A stretch of 64,000 nt of DNA from Okamejei kenojei (lineage: Eukaryota): contig CM069151.1 of assembly GCA_035221665.1 (NCBI GenBank), positions 40,238,001 through 40,302,000 on the forward strand. The letters run 5' to 3'. The position numbers and the translations under genes were made by a program. The notes under the pieces are model-generated. The model ran no database searches. It saw only the letters and a list, made by a program, of their open reading frames with translations, and was not told the origin of the DNA. Shown here one piece after another: positions 11,583 through 25,364 of the stretch (position 1 is the first letter of the stretch; every line of letters begins with the position of its first letter).

Positions 11583-12769
11583 GATCAATGGCTCAAGCCT
11601 ACAGCATGGGCTCTGAGCGGCAGAACAGTGGTGGAGGACGTTGAAACATCACAGCTCTGCGACTCCAATGGACCCTCCAACTCCAACCCTGTGCTGCCAC
11701 TAAGACAATGTAGGGCCAATTTAAAACTCCGACATTTTTTTTTAAAATTTTGTGCTTGAAAGGTACAAGATGGTGCCTGAACTGTGGCGACCTTTGTGTA
11801 CTGTCTCAGAGTGGTCTTCCCTGCCTGTGCTTAGTGTGCCTAATGTATAGTGGGATTGTCGCTTAACTGTATGCTAACAAAGAATCTCACTGTGCTGAGG
11901 GACACGTGACAATAAAGTACCATTGCACCATTAAAATGCTTTAATCTGTCCCCAAAATGGAGAAATCACTGCCGTTAGGAAAGGATTGAGGGTTGTTTGT
12001 ATAGATGATATTAACCAAGTAATGTAAAGTGCGCAATGGATCAGTTAAGAACATTCCCTTCAAGGTACTGTGCACGGCAGCCCGGTAGTAAATCACACGA
12101 CAAAGGGTGACTACCCTTAACCAAAATAGTTGATGACAACGTACTTTGGAGTACCCTGCGATTAAAAGTGTTGCATCAATGCAAAGTTATCAAGTTAGAT
12201 GTCCCAATCAGTAGATTATTACACACAACATTAAAAATAATAAGCTGTAGCACATACAAATCTGAGAGGGATTTACAACATCAGATGGAAAAAAATCTTT
12301 AATTATTTCCTCATTGTCACTTTCTGCCTCGTTTGTATTGTCTTTATATCTTAATCTTTCTTTCACTGTCTCTGGTTCTTTCTATCTTACTGCCTCTCTT
12401 CCCCTCTCCCACTTGCTCTCTCCAACCTGATCACTCTTCAACTACACTAGTTTTGGAAGTGCATCACTTCAGCAGTCACCTAATTCCATTACATCAATAT
12501 TTCAGCATAATTTGATGCTTGTTTCTGTTCAGAACTCCCTGACCTCAGCAAGCCGCGTAGCACTGAACTCATCAACTTCTCTCATTCCTTTCTTAATATC
12601 CTGAAACAAATTTCAATCTGATGCAGCTACTCCCTAACATTCTCATCAGTCCATAAGCAGTGGGAGATATCTTATGATCAGGTGCTCACCAGCACTAATA
12701 TCTAGTCAAACAACTCAGGTACCCATATTAACCCGTCACACTGGTCAACCTGAGGAGTACCTTCAGCAA

Positions 12770-13025
12770 AAAAGATTGGTTTCACCAAGATGCAGTTCAA
12801 AACGCCATAGGAAATACTTTTTCCCTGTGGCTATCAAACTGTACAACTCCTCACCCTTTGGTTATGGGGTAGACTGACTCAGCCCACTCCCCCCCCCCCC
12901 CCACCCCCCCAATCTTTGCACATCCCTGATCCTTTCCACTTTTAATTTCATGTTTCTTGTCTTTTATGTCTGTTGACAGATCAATTTCCCAACTGGGATA
13001 AAGTTTTATCCTATTGTATCATAAT
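12770..13025 (+). mobile_element. Rex/Babar-like LINE 3' end
   Basis: C-terminus RHRKYFFPVAIKLYNS, then a 3' UTR ending aatttccc..gggataaagttttatc. Confidence 0.65.
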
Positions 13026-13366
13026 CAAACTCTCTTGTCATGTGACCCCCTACCTTCTGGAAAGAAGGTGAGAAATGGTAGTGGGATGAAGCCAAATGTA
13101 ACCCAATTAGACACTTTATATTAATTATATGTCAATATGTTCACCAGTGTATTTGGAGGATCTGATCCTATCACTCTAATTTATTTGAATATTATTGCAG
13201 AATCTCAGGCACCCATTGCAACATGCGGTTGACCATTGTACAGACGATATTTCTTCAGTATCCAAGCATTAAAGGCCTAGGTTTTACCTTTTGATTGCAA
13301 TCATTTGAAATGGAGGTCATCTTCCTTACACCATGTTACTAAGTTCTATATCTAGACTGCGTCTCA

Positions 13367-16300
13367 TAGAAACATAGAAAATAGGTGCAGGAAAAGCCCA
13401 TTTGGCCCTTCGAGCCAGCACCACCATTCAATTTGATTATGGTTGATCATCCAAAATCAGTACCCCATTCCTTCTTTTTCCCCATATCCTTTGATTCCGT
13501 TCTCTAAGAGCTACATCTAACTCTCTCCCGAAAACATCCAGTGAATTGGCCTCCACTGCCTTTCACACCAGAGAATTTCTGGGTAAAAAGGTTTCTCCTC
13601 ATCTCAGTCCTAAATGGCCTACTCTTATTCTTAAACTGTGACCCCTGGTTTGGGACTCCCTCAACATTGGGAAAAAAATTCCTGCATCTAGCCTGCCCAA
13701 TCCCTTAAGAATTTTATATGTTTCTATAAGATCTCCTCTCATCCTTCTAAATTCCAGTGAATATAAGTCCAGTCAATCCATTTCTTCATCATATGTCAGG
13801 CCTGCCATCCCGAGAATTAACCTGGTGAACCTATGCTGCACTCCCTCAATATCAAAAATGTCCTTCCTCAAATTAGGAGAACAAAACTGCACACAATACT
13901 ACAGGTGTAATCTCACAAGGGACCTATACAAAGGCAATAGGACCTCCTTGCTCCTACAGAGTCATAGAGTGATATAGTGTGGAATCAGGCCCTTTGGCCC
14001 AACTTGCCCACACCGGCCAACATGTCCCAGCTACACTAGTCCCACCTGCCTGTGCTTGGTCCATTTCCCTCCAAACCTGTCCTATCCATGTACCTGTCTA
14101 ACTGTCTCTTAAACTTTGGGATAGTCCCAGCCTCAACTACCTCATCTGGCAGCTCGTTCCATGCACCCACCACCCTCTGTGTGAAAAAGTTACCCCTCAG
14201 ATTCATAGAAACATAGAAACGTAGAAAATAGGTGCAAGAGTAGGCCATTCGGCCCTTCGAGCCTGCATCAGCCATTCAATATGATCATGGCTGATCATCC
14301 AACTCAGTAACCTGTACCTGCCTTCTCTCCATACCCCCTGATCCCTTTAGCCACAAGGGCCACATCTAACTCCCTCTTAAATATAGCCAACGAACTGGCC
14401 TCAACTACCTTCTGTGCCAGAGAATTCCACAGATTCACCACTCTCTGTGTGAAAAATGTTTTTCTCATATCGGTCCTAAAAGACTTCCCCTTTATCCTTA
14501 AACTGTGGCCTCTTGTTCTGGACTTCCCCAACATCGGGAACAATCTTCCTGCATCTAGACAGTCCAACCCCTTAAAAATTGTATAAGTTTCTATAAGATC
14601 CCCCCTCAATCTTCTAAATTCTAGCAAGTACAAGCCGAGTCTATCCAGTCTTTCTTCATATGAAAGTCCTGATATCCCAGGAATCAGTCTGGTGAACCTT
14701 CTCTGTACTCCCTCTATGGCAAGAATGTCTTTCCTCAGATTAGGAGACCAAAACTGTACGCAATACTCCAGGTGTGGTCTCACCAAGACTCTGTACAACT
14801 GCAGTAGAACCTCCCTGCACCTTTACTCAAATCCTTTTGCTATGAATGCCAACATACCATTCACTTTCTTCACTGCCTGCGGCACCTGCATGCCTACTTT
14901 CAATGGCTGGTGTACCATGACACCCAGGTCTCGTTGCATCTCCCCTTTTCCTAATCGGCCACCATTCAGACAATAGTCTACTTTCCTGTTTTTGCCCCCA
15001 AAGTGGATAACCTCACATTTATCCACATTATACAGATGTGGACATTTATCCACATCTGCCATGCATTTGCCCACTCGCCCAACCTATCCAAGTCACCTTG
15101 CAGCCTCCTAGCATCCTCCTCACAGCTAACACTGCCCCTCAGCTTCGTGTCATCCGCAAACTTGGTGATGTTGCATTCAATTCCCACGTCCAGATCATTA
15201 ATATATATTGTAAATAGCTGGGGTCCCAGAGCCTTGCGGTACCCCACTAGTCACTGCCTGCCATTCTGAAAAGGACCCATTTAATCCTATTATACCTTTT
15301 CCCCTTTACCTTGAACCTACACCCTCTGGTCCTAGATTCCCCTACTCTGGGCAAGAGACTGTGCATCTTCCCGATCTATTCCTCCCATGATTTTGTACAC
15401 CTCTATAAGATCACCCCTAATCCTCCTGTGCTCCATGGAATAGAAAACAGCCTACTCAACCTCTCCCTATAGCTCACAACCTCTAGTCCTGGCAACATCA
15501 TCATAAATCTTCTCTGAACCCTTTCAAGCTTGACAATATCTTTCTTATTACATGGTTCCCAGAACTGAACACAATATTCTAAATGTGGTCTCACCAACAT
15601 CTTATACATTTGCAACGTCTATACTCTATACTCTGACTGATGAAGGCCAATGAGCCAAAAGCCTTTTTGACCACCATATCTACCTGCAACTCGACCTTCA
15701 AGGAACCGTGCACCTGCACCCCTAGATCCCTCTGCTCTACAACAGTAACCAGAGGCCTACCATTCACTGTGTAGGTCCTGCCCTTGTTCGACGTCCCAAA
15801 ATGGAACACCAAATACTTATCTGTATTAAATTCCATCAACCATTCTTCCGCCCACCTGGCCAATCGATCCAGATCTTGCTGCATTCTTTCACAACCATCT
15901 TCACTATCTGCAAAACTACCCACTTTTGTATCATCAGCAAAGTTGCTAATCTTCCCCTGAATGTTCTCATTCAAATCATTGATGTAGATGACAAACAGTA
16001 ACTGACCCAGCACCGAACCCTGAGGCACACCACTAGTCCCGGGCCTCCAGTCCGAGAAGCAACCTTCCACCATCACCCTCTGCTTCCTTCCATGGAGCCA
16101 ATTTGCTATCCATTCAGCTAACTCTCCTTGGATCCCATGTCATTTGTCCACTTGACTCAAATCCTCTTGCTATGAAGGCCAACATGCTATTTGCTTTCTT
16201 CACTGCTTACTGTATCTGCATGTTTACTTTCAGTGACTGATGTACAAGGACAGACTGGTCTCGTTGCACCTCCCCTTTTCCTAATCTGACACAATTCAGA

Positions 16301-18480
16301 TAACAATCTGCCTTCTTGTTCTTACCACCAAAGTGGATAACCTCACATTTATCCACATTATACTGCATCTGCCATGCATCTGCCCACTCACCCAACCTAT
16401 CCAAGTCATCTTGCAGCCTCATAACATCCTCCTCGCAGCTCACACTGCCACCCAGCTTGGTGTCATCCGCAAACTTGGAGATGTTACATTTAAATCCTTT
16501 TTCTAAATCGTTAATATATATTGTAAATAACTGGTATCCCAGCACTGAGCCTTGCGGCACCCCACTAATCACTACCTGCCATTCTGAAAAGGACCCGTTA
16601 ATTCCTACTCTTTGCTTCCTGTCTGCCAACCAGTTCTCTATCCATCTCAATACCCTACCCCAAATACCATGTGCTCTAATTTTGCACACTAATCTCTTGT
16701 GTGGAACTTGTCAAAGGCTTTTTGAAAGTCCAGATACACCACATCCACTGGCTCTCCCTTATCCATTCTACTTGTTACATCCTCAAAAAAATTCCAGAAG
16801 ATTAGTCAAGCATGATTTCCCCTTCATAAATCCATGCTGACTTTGTCCGATCCTGTCACTACTTTCCAAATGCGCTGCTATGACATCTTTCATAATCGAC
16901 TCAAGCATCTCCCCACGACCGTCAGGCGAACTGGCCTATAATTCCTTGTTTTCTCTCTCCCGCCTTTTGTAAAAAGTGGGGTTGGATTAGCTACCGTCCA
17001 GTCCACTGGAACTGATCCAGCGTCTATAGAACATTGGAAGATGATCACCAATGTGTCCAGGATTTCTAGGGCCACCACCTTGAGTCCTCTTCTCTGTAAA
17101 GCACTTTGGCTTCAATGTGATTTGATTTTAAAAAGTGCTACATAAATAAAAATTACTTTCTTACTCTGGGATGCAGACCTTCAGGCCCTAGGGATTTATC
17201 TACCACAATTTCCTGACTAATGTGGATTCCCTTCAGTTCCTCCTCCCCCACTAGATCCTCAATCCCCCCGTATTTCAGAGTAATTGTTGTGTCTTCCTTA
17301 GCGAAGACAGAATCAAAGTATTTGTTTAACTGTTCTGCCATTTCCTTGTTTCCCATTATAAATTCACCTGTTTCTGAATTTACTGTGTCTGCATGTTTAT
17401 TTTCAGTGACTGATGTACATTATAAATTCACCTGTTTCTGGGACCTACATTTGTCTTCACTAATCTTTTTCTCTTCACATGTCTATAGAAACTTTTACAG
17501 TCAGTTTTTATATTCCCCGCAAGCTTTCTTTTTTGCTCTATTTTCCCCCTCTTAATTAACCCCTTCATCCTCCGCGGTTGAATTCTAAGTTTCTACCAAT
17601 CCACCGGTTTGCTGCTTCCTCTGGCCAATTTATAGGCCTCTTCCTTGGATTTAACACAATCCCTAATTTCCCTCGTTAGCCACGGTTGAGCCGCTTTCCC
17701 TGTTTTATTTTTACGCCAGACAGGGATGAACAATTGTTGTAATTCTTCCATGTGATCTTTAAATCTTTGGATTGCATATCCACTGTCAATCCTTTAAGTA
17801 TCATTTGCCAGTCTATCCTAGCCAATTCCCGTCACATACCATCAAAGTTACCTTTCTTTAAGTTCACTCTCCACCTAAATGCAGAATTCTACCAAATTAT
17901 AGTCACTGTTGCACAAACAGCATTGCACAGCAAGATTGCTAACTAAAAGCGCTGTCCCCCCTGTACGAGTTCATTCAAAGAGTTCTCCCGAGTTTGCCCT
18001 GATTGAGGTTTACAGTAATGGCCGCTCGCAGGTACTCGGGGCTCTCGCGGACATTTTTCAACATGTTGAAAAATCTTCACGAGTCTTCCCGTGCTTACCT
18101 GCCGTTAGCGAGTCTTCCCAGCGAGTAACCTGCCGTTAACGTTACGAGTCACTAAGAGGTGTCTCCGAGCTCCGACGTACCCGCTACGTTCATTCTATGT
18201 ACTTACCATGAATATTATTTTTTTTAAACTCGGGAGAGCATTTGAATGAACTCGCACAGTGGCACAGGGCAATTATCCTTCCTCATTACACAATAACCAG
18301 TTGGTTCCTCTACATATTGGCTTAGAAAACCATCTCGTATACGCTCCAGGAAATCCTCATCCTCAGTGTTGTTACCGATATGGTTAATCTAATCCATATG
18401 CAGTCGCCCATGATAACTGTTGCATCGTTGCTACACGCATCCCTAATTTCTTGTTTGATGTTATCCCCAACATCATTGTT
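13367..18480 (-). mobile_element. Cluster of at least four nested or adjacent CR1-type LINE copies with RT-domain remnants
   Basis: ORFs 14304-14798, 15591-16076 (SGVPQGSVLG..FADDTK), 16207-16689 and 16890-17078 are CR1 ORF2 segments. Copy 14205-15287 interrupts another copy that resumes at about 15288. Confidence 0.92.
17947..18273. mobile_element. MITE with about 45-bp imperfect terminal inverted repeats, PIF/Harbinger-like, inserted in a CR1
   Basis: Left ctgtccccc-ctgtacgagttcattcaaagagttctcccgagttt versus right aaactcgggagagcatttgaatgaactcgcacagtggcacag. Flanked by taa/tta. The host LINE continues on both sides. Confidence 0.75.
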
Positions 18481-18531
18481 CATGATCCGGCCTATCACTG
18501 TAGTGTCATCTGCAAACCTATAGATACAGTT

Positions 18532-18670
18532 GGGTGTCAGGGGTTATGGGGAGAAGGCACGAAAATGGGGTTGAGAGGGAAAGATAGATTAGCCATGACT
18601 GAATGGCGGGGTAGATTTGATGAGCCGAATTTGCCTAATTCTGCTTCTACAACTTATGAACTTATGAGTT
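18532..18670 (+). mobile_element. CR1-type LINE 3' end
   Basis: gtgtcaggggttatggggagaaggca..agccatgactgaatggcgg..cttatgaacttatga; same subfamily as 21515-21870. Confidence 0.8.
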
Positions 18671-18809
18671 AGAGCCAAATATGGCCGCACATTTGTGAGT
18701 GTGTAAGGGGTATAGTCGGGATACATTCTTCGTACATTCTCAGTATCAATACATTCAATTGTGTCATAGTCATTAGTGTTCGCACCTATCTTTAAACCAA
18801 ACAGCCTTG

Positions 18810-19280
18810 CCACTCATGTGGCCCCCTGGGGTCTTATCCCTTGCCTTGTTTGAGGGATGTCCCTACTGGACTCTGCCCCTCAATGTCCAGTAGCAGAAGC
18901 ACATTAGACTGTGGTCCTCCCTTGCAGACACTTGCATTGGCTGTGCCAACCTTTGGTGGGTTCCTCAGCAAGGACTCCTGCAGTCCAGAATAGACATCTC
19001 CCCTGCTGGGAGACCAACAGCTTTCGGGTAGACCAAAGAGTGTCTTTCACCAAGTAGATTATCTTCCAGCAGCACTTGATGTCTGTCTCAGACCGTGACC
19101 CTGGGAACACCCCGTAAATCAGAGGGTCCTCTGTTATGGACCAGTGCGGGATGTATCGTGGCATTCTAACCCAGACTCTCTTTGCAAATCCACACTCTGC
19201 AAAGAGATGGGCAACTGTTCCCTCTCCATAGCAGCCATCCCGAGGGCAGTGTGCACTGTTGGTGACACTCCATCTGATAA
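18810..19280 (-). mobile_element. Tx1/L1-clade LINE ORF2 C-terminal fragment (zf-RVT-like CCHC motif)
   Basis: Minus-strand translation of 19181-19260 gives NSAHCPRDGCYGEGTVAHLFAECGFAK, followed by ORF 18904-19164 (..CCWKIIYLVKDTLWSTRK). Confidence 0.7.
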
Positions 19281-20020
19281 CTCTTTAATGCAGCAGTTTT
19301 AATACAACTGAACAGCTTGCAGATGAAAGACAATTACATTATTGTATGTCGGGAATCACACATAATTCAGTCAGCATTTCTATACCTGAGGGACACACAT
19401 TAACTGATATTTTGTGTGTGACAAAATGATGAATTTGTGGATCCACTACTGAGATCAACTTTGTATTTTTGAAATATTTCACAATTATTTAAATAACTGG
19501 GATTTAAATGCGCATCTTTGAGTCATTCATTTAAATCTCTGGATTGATTTAACCACGAGGCCGCTGTTTACACTGATTTCAAGATTTATCAGGACAATTT
19601 TCTGTTGTAATCTGTAATCTGGATCACAAAATGTATTGAAAGCTGGAACTTTCAGTCTCGGAATGGCTGAATGACTGTAGTTGTGTAGCTTGCTGCAGCA
19701 GCTGAACATTTGGAATCTGATCTCAAGCCACTACACAGACCTGTTTGGCGATATTTTTTTCTCTCTCTTTATCCCAGCCCTCCATGCACAACCTTCCCCC
19801 AAAGCTTGCTACATTTTCCATCATTTCTCCTCTCTTTCTCTCTCATTATCCACTTGTATGTTGATGTGGGAAAGGTAGGTGTCAATTTGGTACAGAAAGC
19901 AGCCACAATCGTGATTATGTTTTTAGTGGGAGGGTGATTATTGGAAAGGTCTATAGAGGAAATTCACTTCCTCAACACGAGAGGAATCTCGTGTGGGAAG
20001 TGATGCTGGTCCAAACCAAA

Positions 20021-20106
20021 GTTAGACACAAAAAGATGGAGTAACTCAGGCAGCATCTCTGGAGAAAAGGAATAGATGACATTTCGGGCTGAGACCCTTC
20101 TTCAGA
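20021..20106 (-). mobile_element. Penelope-type short element fragment
   Basis: gtaactcaggcagcatctctggagaaaagg..atttcgggctgagacccttcttcag. Confidence 0.7.
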
Positions 20107-21514
20107 AGAAACTCAATGCCTTGATTTGAAATAGCATGTCTAACCTGCCTCAGATACTCACATGGATGGCACCTCTGGTCCCACAGCACCCAGTGACTAC
20201 TGTAATGGGCTGTTTTGTGCAGCTAAATGAGCCATCATTCCCCGCTCGCCTCCCACAGCCTGGGACTGAATCACGCTCAGAGTGAGGCCATGAAGCTTTT
20301 CACACTCTTTAAAGAATGCGTAAGGCAGGATCAATCCAGTCCCCCGCAACCATTAGCATTATAGAATATTGATTTATTCCCACTGTCTGGCTCAGTTCAA
20401 GCACACATCCCAGACCCGACAGTCGGAAAGATAAACCACAAAGTGTCTCGGCTCCAACAACTCTTCAGTTAGGTTTTTCACTCATTAATCACATAATTCT
20501 TGACAACTTACTACCAATGTCTTAACAATGAACAGCCATGCTAAGTTAAAGAACACTCTCCCTCCAGTGCTAAGGTGATGTTTAATTTTCCCATAATAAT
20601 TAAAGAGTTATTTTACCTTTTGCCAAATAAATCCAAGTTTCCAATCACTGTCAGAATAATTAGAGTGGTGCTGAATCCTAAAAAGTGCTGGTATCCAGAG
20701 CAATGGAGATCACTTGGTGATCCCAAACATGTATGTATTCCTATGTTCTCCCTTTTTGTTTGGTCCTGCAGTGAATGCTCCTCAAGGGAAAAAAAAGAAC
20801 CTCCCAGGATATTGAGTCCCCTCACCTGTTCCTTGACTCCTTCTACCCTATTAGTCAAATCACCCTTCTACCTTCCATATCCATGTTTCCTTTTTATTCA
20901 TTCTTACACACTTCATTCACTTCCCCTCTTGGGTACATTTCACTTTCTCCCCTTTTACATGTTATATTTCTTTCTTTCCTCCTTCTACAATCATCTATTT
21001 TTTACGTGTGCCTTCCCTTGTATATCACCTCCTTTACTCGTCCCTTCCCATCCTCTGAATTACTCATTCATTTCTTCCTTCACCAATCTTTTGTTGTTTT
21101 TTGTGTGAGTAAATTCATTCAAATGTGTTTTTGCAATGTTAAAATATCCATTGTGAATAACTAGTTAGGTTGAGTGGCACTGGAGGCTGACTGCCCGGTC
21201 CATCACAGCTACTGACCGCCCCACCACCTAAAGGGATCTGTAGGAGGCTGTGCCTCAAAAAGCTGGATTCACCCCTCTATGGCCATGGTGGCCACATCAC
21301 CCCTCTTGGTGATCCTGGATGTAACAGGGTAACACAGTACTTACAGCAGCCAGTTTATGGTCAACAAACACCCACAAACAATTACTAGAAAACCAAAAGG
21401 GAAACACTGCAGATACTGGAGATCTGAAATAAAGAGATAAAAAGCTGGAAATACACAGCAGGTCTAGCAGCATCTGTGGAGTGAGAAACAAGATTAAAGT
21501 TACAGATCAATGAC

Positions 21515-21870
21515 TTTGATCAGGAAATCCTGGACAGAGTGGATGTGGAGAGAATGTTTACACTGGTGGGAGAGTCTAGGACCAGAGGCCATAGCCTCAG
21601 AATTAAAGGACGTTATTTTAGGAACAAGATGAGGATGAATATCTTTACAGTAAGTGGGTGGTGAATGTGTGGAATTCTTTGACACAGAAAGCAGTGGAAG
21701 CTAAGTCAATGGATAGATTCTTGATTAGTACGTGTGTCAGGGGTTATGGGGAGAAGGCAGGAGAATGGGGTTAGGGGGGAGAGATAGATCAGCCATGATT
21801 GAATGGCGGAGTAGACTTGATGGGCCGAATGGTCAAATTCTGCTCCTAACACTAGAGAACTTATGAATCA
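21515..21870 (+). mobile_element. CR1-type LINE 3' portion
   Basis: ggagagtctaggaccagaggccatagcctcagaatta, plus the common 3' UTR. Confidence 0.85.
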
Positions 21871-21911
21871 CTTTGTACGAGTACAGTTGGGAACTCTAGT
21901 TTCCCTGCTCT

Positions 21912-21989
<78 letters not shown>
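21912..21989. repeat. 78-nt poly(G) run
   Basis: Seen directly. The length may be a sequencing artefact. Confidence 0.9.
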
Positions 21990-21990
<1 letters not shown>

Positions 21991-24900
21991 AGATGGAAAG
22001 GCAACTCATTTATGTTGCCACATTGCCCATGTATTGCAGCTGTTGGCTTGCACTTCCTGCTCTGCCTCTGGAGCGGGATTGGAATCTACAACCATCTACA
22101 GTCAGTCTGGTGCTAACATTTGCACCAGCACCTCAATGTAACAACGGTTTTGCGATTACAAGGGTCTGGGAGATCAGCCAATACAAATATTGAACACTCA
22201 GAATAAACTAAAATAGCAAGTAAGCAAGCAATCAGAAAAGCTGGCAAAATCCAGTGAGATAAATGGTTTTCACTAGTGGAAGAGTCATGAGCAAGGGGAC
22301 ATAACTACTGAACAATGTCAGCAAATATGGTTGTTGTTCACTAAGAATTATTGTATTTAACTTAAGTAACGAATCGGATATTTCTCCCAAAATCCAATAA
22401 ACTAATTGCAGGACAAAGCTGTCTGGCATATTTTTAAACACGCAACATCTGCAGGTTAGCTGGAGGATAGAAACTGCTCAGCAGATAGAGAGTGGGAGGT
22501 CGGTCAGATTTGGGGGATTGATCTGTGATCGAGCACAGAATTATGGAAATGAGTCCCCAGAAGCTCCCGCAATTAATTTCCAACTGTCATTTTGATTCAT
22601 TGAACAAATCTGGGGTATTTTAATAAAGGTTAGCAGAGCAAAATAGACAAGTAATCAGAAAAACGGGCAAAATCAGATGGGAGAAATGGAGGTGGTTTTC
22701 ACGCGTGCAAGAGTCATGAACGTGGGGACACGGCTACTGAACAACGAGACAATCCTTCAAAACTGAGGTTCGGGAATGTCATAATTCGGAGGAAGCGAGT
22801 CTCTGGAATTATCTGTTACCTGGGCGATGGGGTTCAGATCATGAGATATGTTTAAGGTGGAAAGAGATACATATTTAAAACGTTCAGGAACTGAGAGCCA
22901 TTCAGGAACTGGTTCAAAAGGGCTGTGATCATATTGAATGTAGGGGCAGACCTGAGGGGCCAAAATGGCATCCGGATCTTTTTATCTAGTGTTCTAATGT
23001 TCTGCTACATAGAGATCATGTGGACCGCACGGGGTGCACCGCGATCTTTTTGAATGCTCCCAATTCCGAAGAAGGGTCGGCGCCTGAAACGTTCACATTG
23101 TTTTTGTTTTCGCCACTGATGCTGCTCCTGCGTCCCTCACTCTCTGGTTAAACTCGCCCAGGGCAGGCAGCTTAAACACGGGCACCACTCACGGGCACAG
23201 GGGCGGCTGAGGATGTTTCTGGGTAGAGCGGCGAATCGTTTCCCCCGCAGTAAAGGGACGCAACAAAGTCCCCACGCCAACGGCCTTGGGCATTCTGCGC
23301 GGTATTAGTTACTCCAGCATTTAGCTCCTCTCTCGCTCGCTATAGACCTCGTGAAATGTTGGAGAGAACAGGAACTCTCCCTCCCCACCCCCTAACCCCG
23401 GGCTGCAGCGGGACCACAGACCCAGGCAGTGGAAACAGACCTTTCGGCTCATCAACACTGGCCCCAAAAGCTTTCGTGCAGATAACAAAAAAGATGGCCA
23501 GGTTTAGAAACAAAATAGTGTTGTAAATACCCAGAGGGTCGGGCAGCACCTGTGGAGAAAGGAGCAGAGTCAACGGTTCGGATGTGGAATTTCCAGCATT
23601 GAATTCTTCATTTCCCGAATGGACACTGGTTTTGTTTTTCGCTGACGGCTTTTTCACCGACACATGTGGGTATTTTAATTAAAATGTTGACGCAAACATG
23701 CCGGGAGAGAGGAAATAAATATTTCGCCGCGGGTTGGTCCCCAGTCCGCGGCCCTTCTCTTGTCACAGTGAGACACAATCGCCGCTAACTGGTTCGATTT
23801 TGTGTCAAGGACGCTTGTTCTTACCACAGCCTCGGTCATGTCCCCACGTCGGGATCTCGCCCATAAAACAACCAAAGGACATAACAGTTCGTGAGCATTT
23901 TTTTTTAATATGATGGGATGATGGGATCAGGGCTGTTTCAGTGTCGGGCAATTTCTGCGCTGTCCCAAACAGCGGATATCGGTATCTGCATAAAATCAAA
24001 AAGATCTTCCCATGAAAATAACGTCCTTGGGAAGCAAGCGATCCCTTTTTGTTTCAATGCCCACCGTGCAGTTACACAGAATTGCCCATTCAAGATCCGA
24101 GTTTACTTCTCATATGTACCGACAACTGAACAATCACAGTGTTACTAGTAGCAACATAACAGGCCGGTAAACGCAATATACATAGATCATAAATAGAGAA
24201 TACAAGAAATGCTAAAATTAATAACCGTTGATAGTTGAGCATAGTGTGTATTTATATTATAGGAACGATCGCCTCAAAGTAACGAGTTTTACAAAGAAAT
24301 ATCTGTTTTCGGGACATTGCCCTATAAATACAAAATGAGAAACAGACCTGTCTCTGAGAATGTCTCTCTCTTGAATGAGATCACGTCCAAATTCTAGGTG
24401 ATAGGATTCGGGAATGATTCTGGGATACAATGCCGCGATTTGTAGGTATACATTTGTGAAGTAAATAATGGCATTAATATTTAGAATAAGCCTCAATTTA
24501 GTAATTTTATTGAAGTCCCCTGTGACTGCCTCTACACGTGAAGGATTGGATTCATTGTAGGAGCGCAGTGTGTAACCAGAGTATCTCCAACATTCAACCT
24601 TCTGCGGCCTTGGGTGGAAAATAGAAAATATTTTCTAACTGAGCATTTTCTAACGATGACACATCAATAAATTTGTTTTTGTACATCTACATTTCCCTGG
24701 TTATAACATCTCCTGCGTTCGGTAAAGATTTAAATCATTAACAATTTAAGTAGGGAAATATTAACTATATATTATCTACCCCTGCAGTTCAGCTGCGTGA
24801 AGGGGCTTTTTCTGTGCTCCATGAGTCTATAACACTAGTATCAGACGATTCACAGAAAGCAAACCGCATCTTTCTTGCTTTGAAAGGGTTTTCTCGATAT

Positions 24901-25019
24901 AATTTAATTATACATTGCTAACTGATGTTTTCTCAGCTGCGTGTTAACATCTCGATATCCAGATCCATTCCTGTTATCGAATTGCAACAACGGAGAATGC
25001 TCGGGATCTGTGCTAAGAG

Positions 25020-25196
25020 AAACACACACCAAATGCTGGAGTAACTCAGCAGGTCAGGCAGAATCTATGGGGGAAAGGAATAGGTGGCGTTTCGGGTCGA
25101 GATCCTGCTTCAGATGCTGCCTGTCCCGCTGAGTTACTCCAGCATTTCGTGTCCATCTTCGATGTAAACCAGCATCTGCATTTCCCTCCTACACAT
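25020..25196. mobile_element. Palindromic Penelope-type short element
   Basis: Inverted arms aaatgctggagtaactcagc / gctgagttactccagcattt, and terminus ccagcatctgcatttccctcctacaca. Confidence 0.8.
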
Positions 25197-25364
25197 TTAG
25201 TGTGGTGAGAGAAGCCGGTTTAACGGATCAGTTGAGGGACTTCAACGAGACGTGCTGAGTTTCCAGCTCAGTTTTATATGCAATCTTCTCCTGGTCGGGA
25301 ATGGCCGCTCCGAAGGGTTTCAGCCGCTCGGCGCTGAAGGAGCAGTCGATGTGGCGTTGAGAAC

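Noticed and set aside
14304-16689. Longer ORFs with reverse-transcriptase motifs as host genes or a retron-like system
   Set aside because: They are frameshifted pieces of multi-copy CR1 LINE ORF2.
20575-21164. 177-aa and 129-aa hydrophobic ORFs
   Set aside because: Arise from a pyrimidine-rich low-complexity stretch. The same applies to 37269-37706 and 41476-41851.
21863-22141. Poly-glycine ORF
   Set aside because: Produced by the 78-nt G run, which may itself be a sequencing artefact.
24589-24610. aacattcaacct, resembling the miR-181 5' end
   Set aside because: The match stops after 12 nt and no precursor hairpin is evident.
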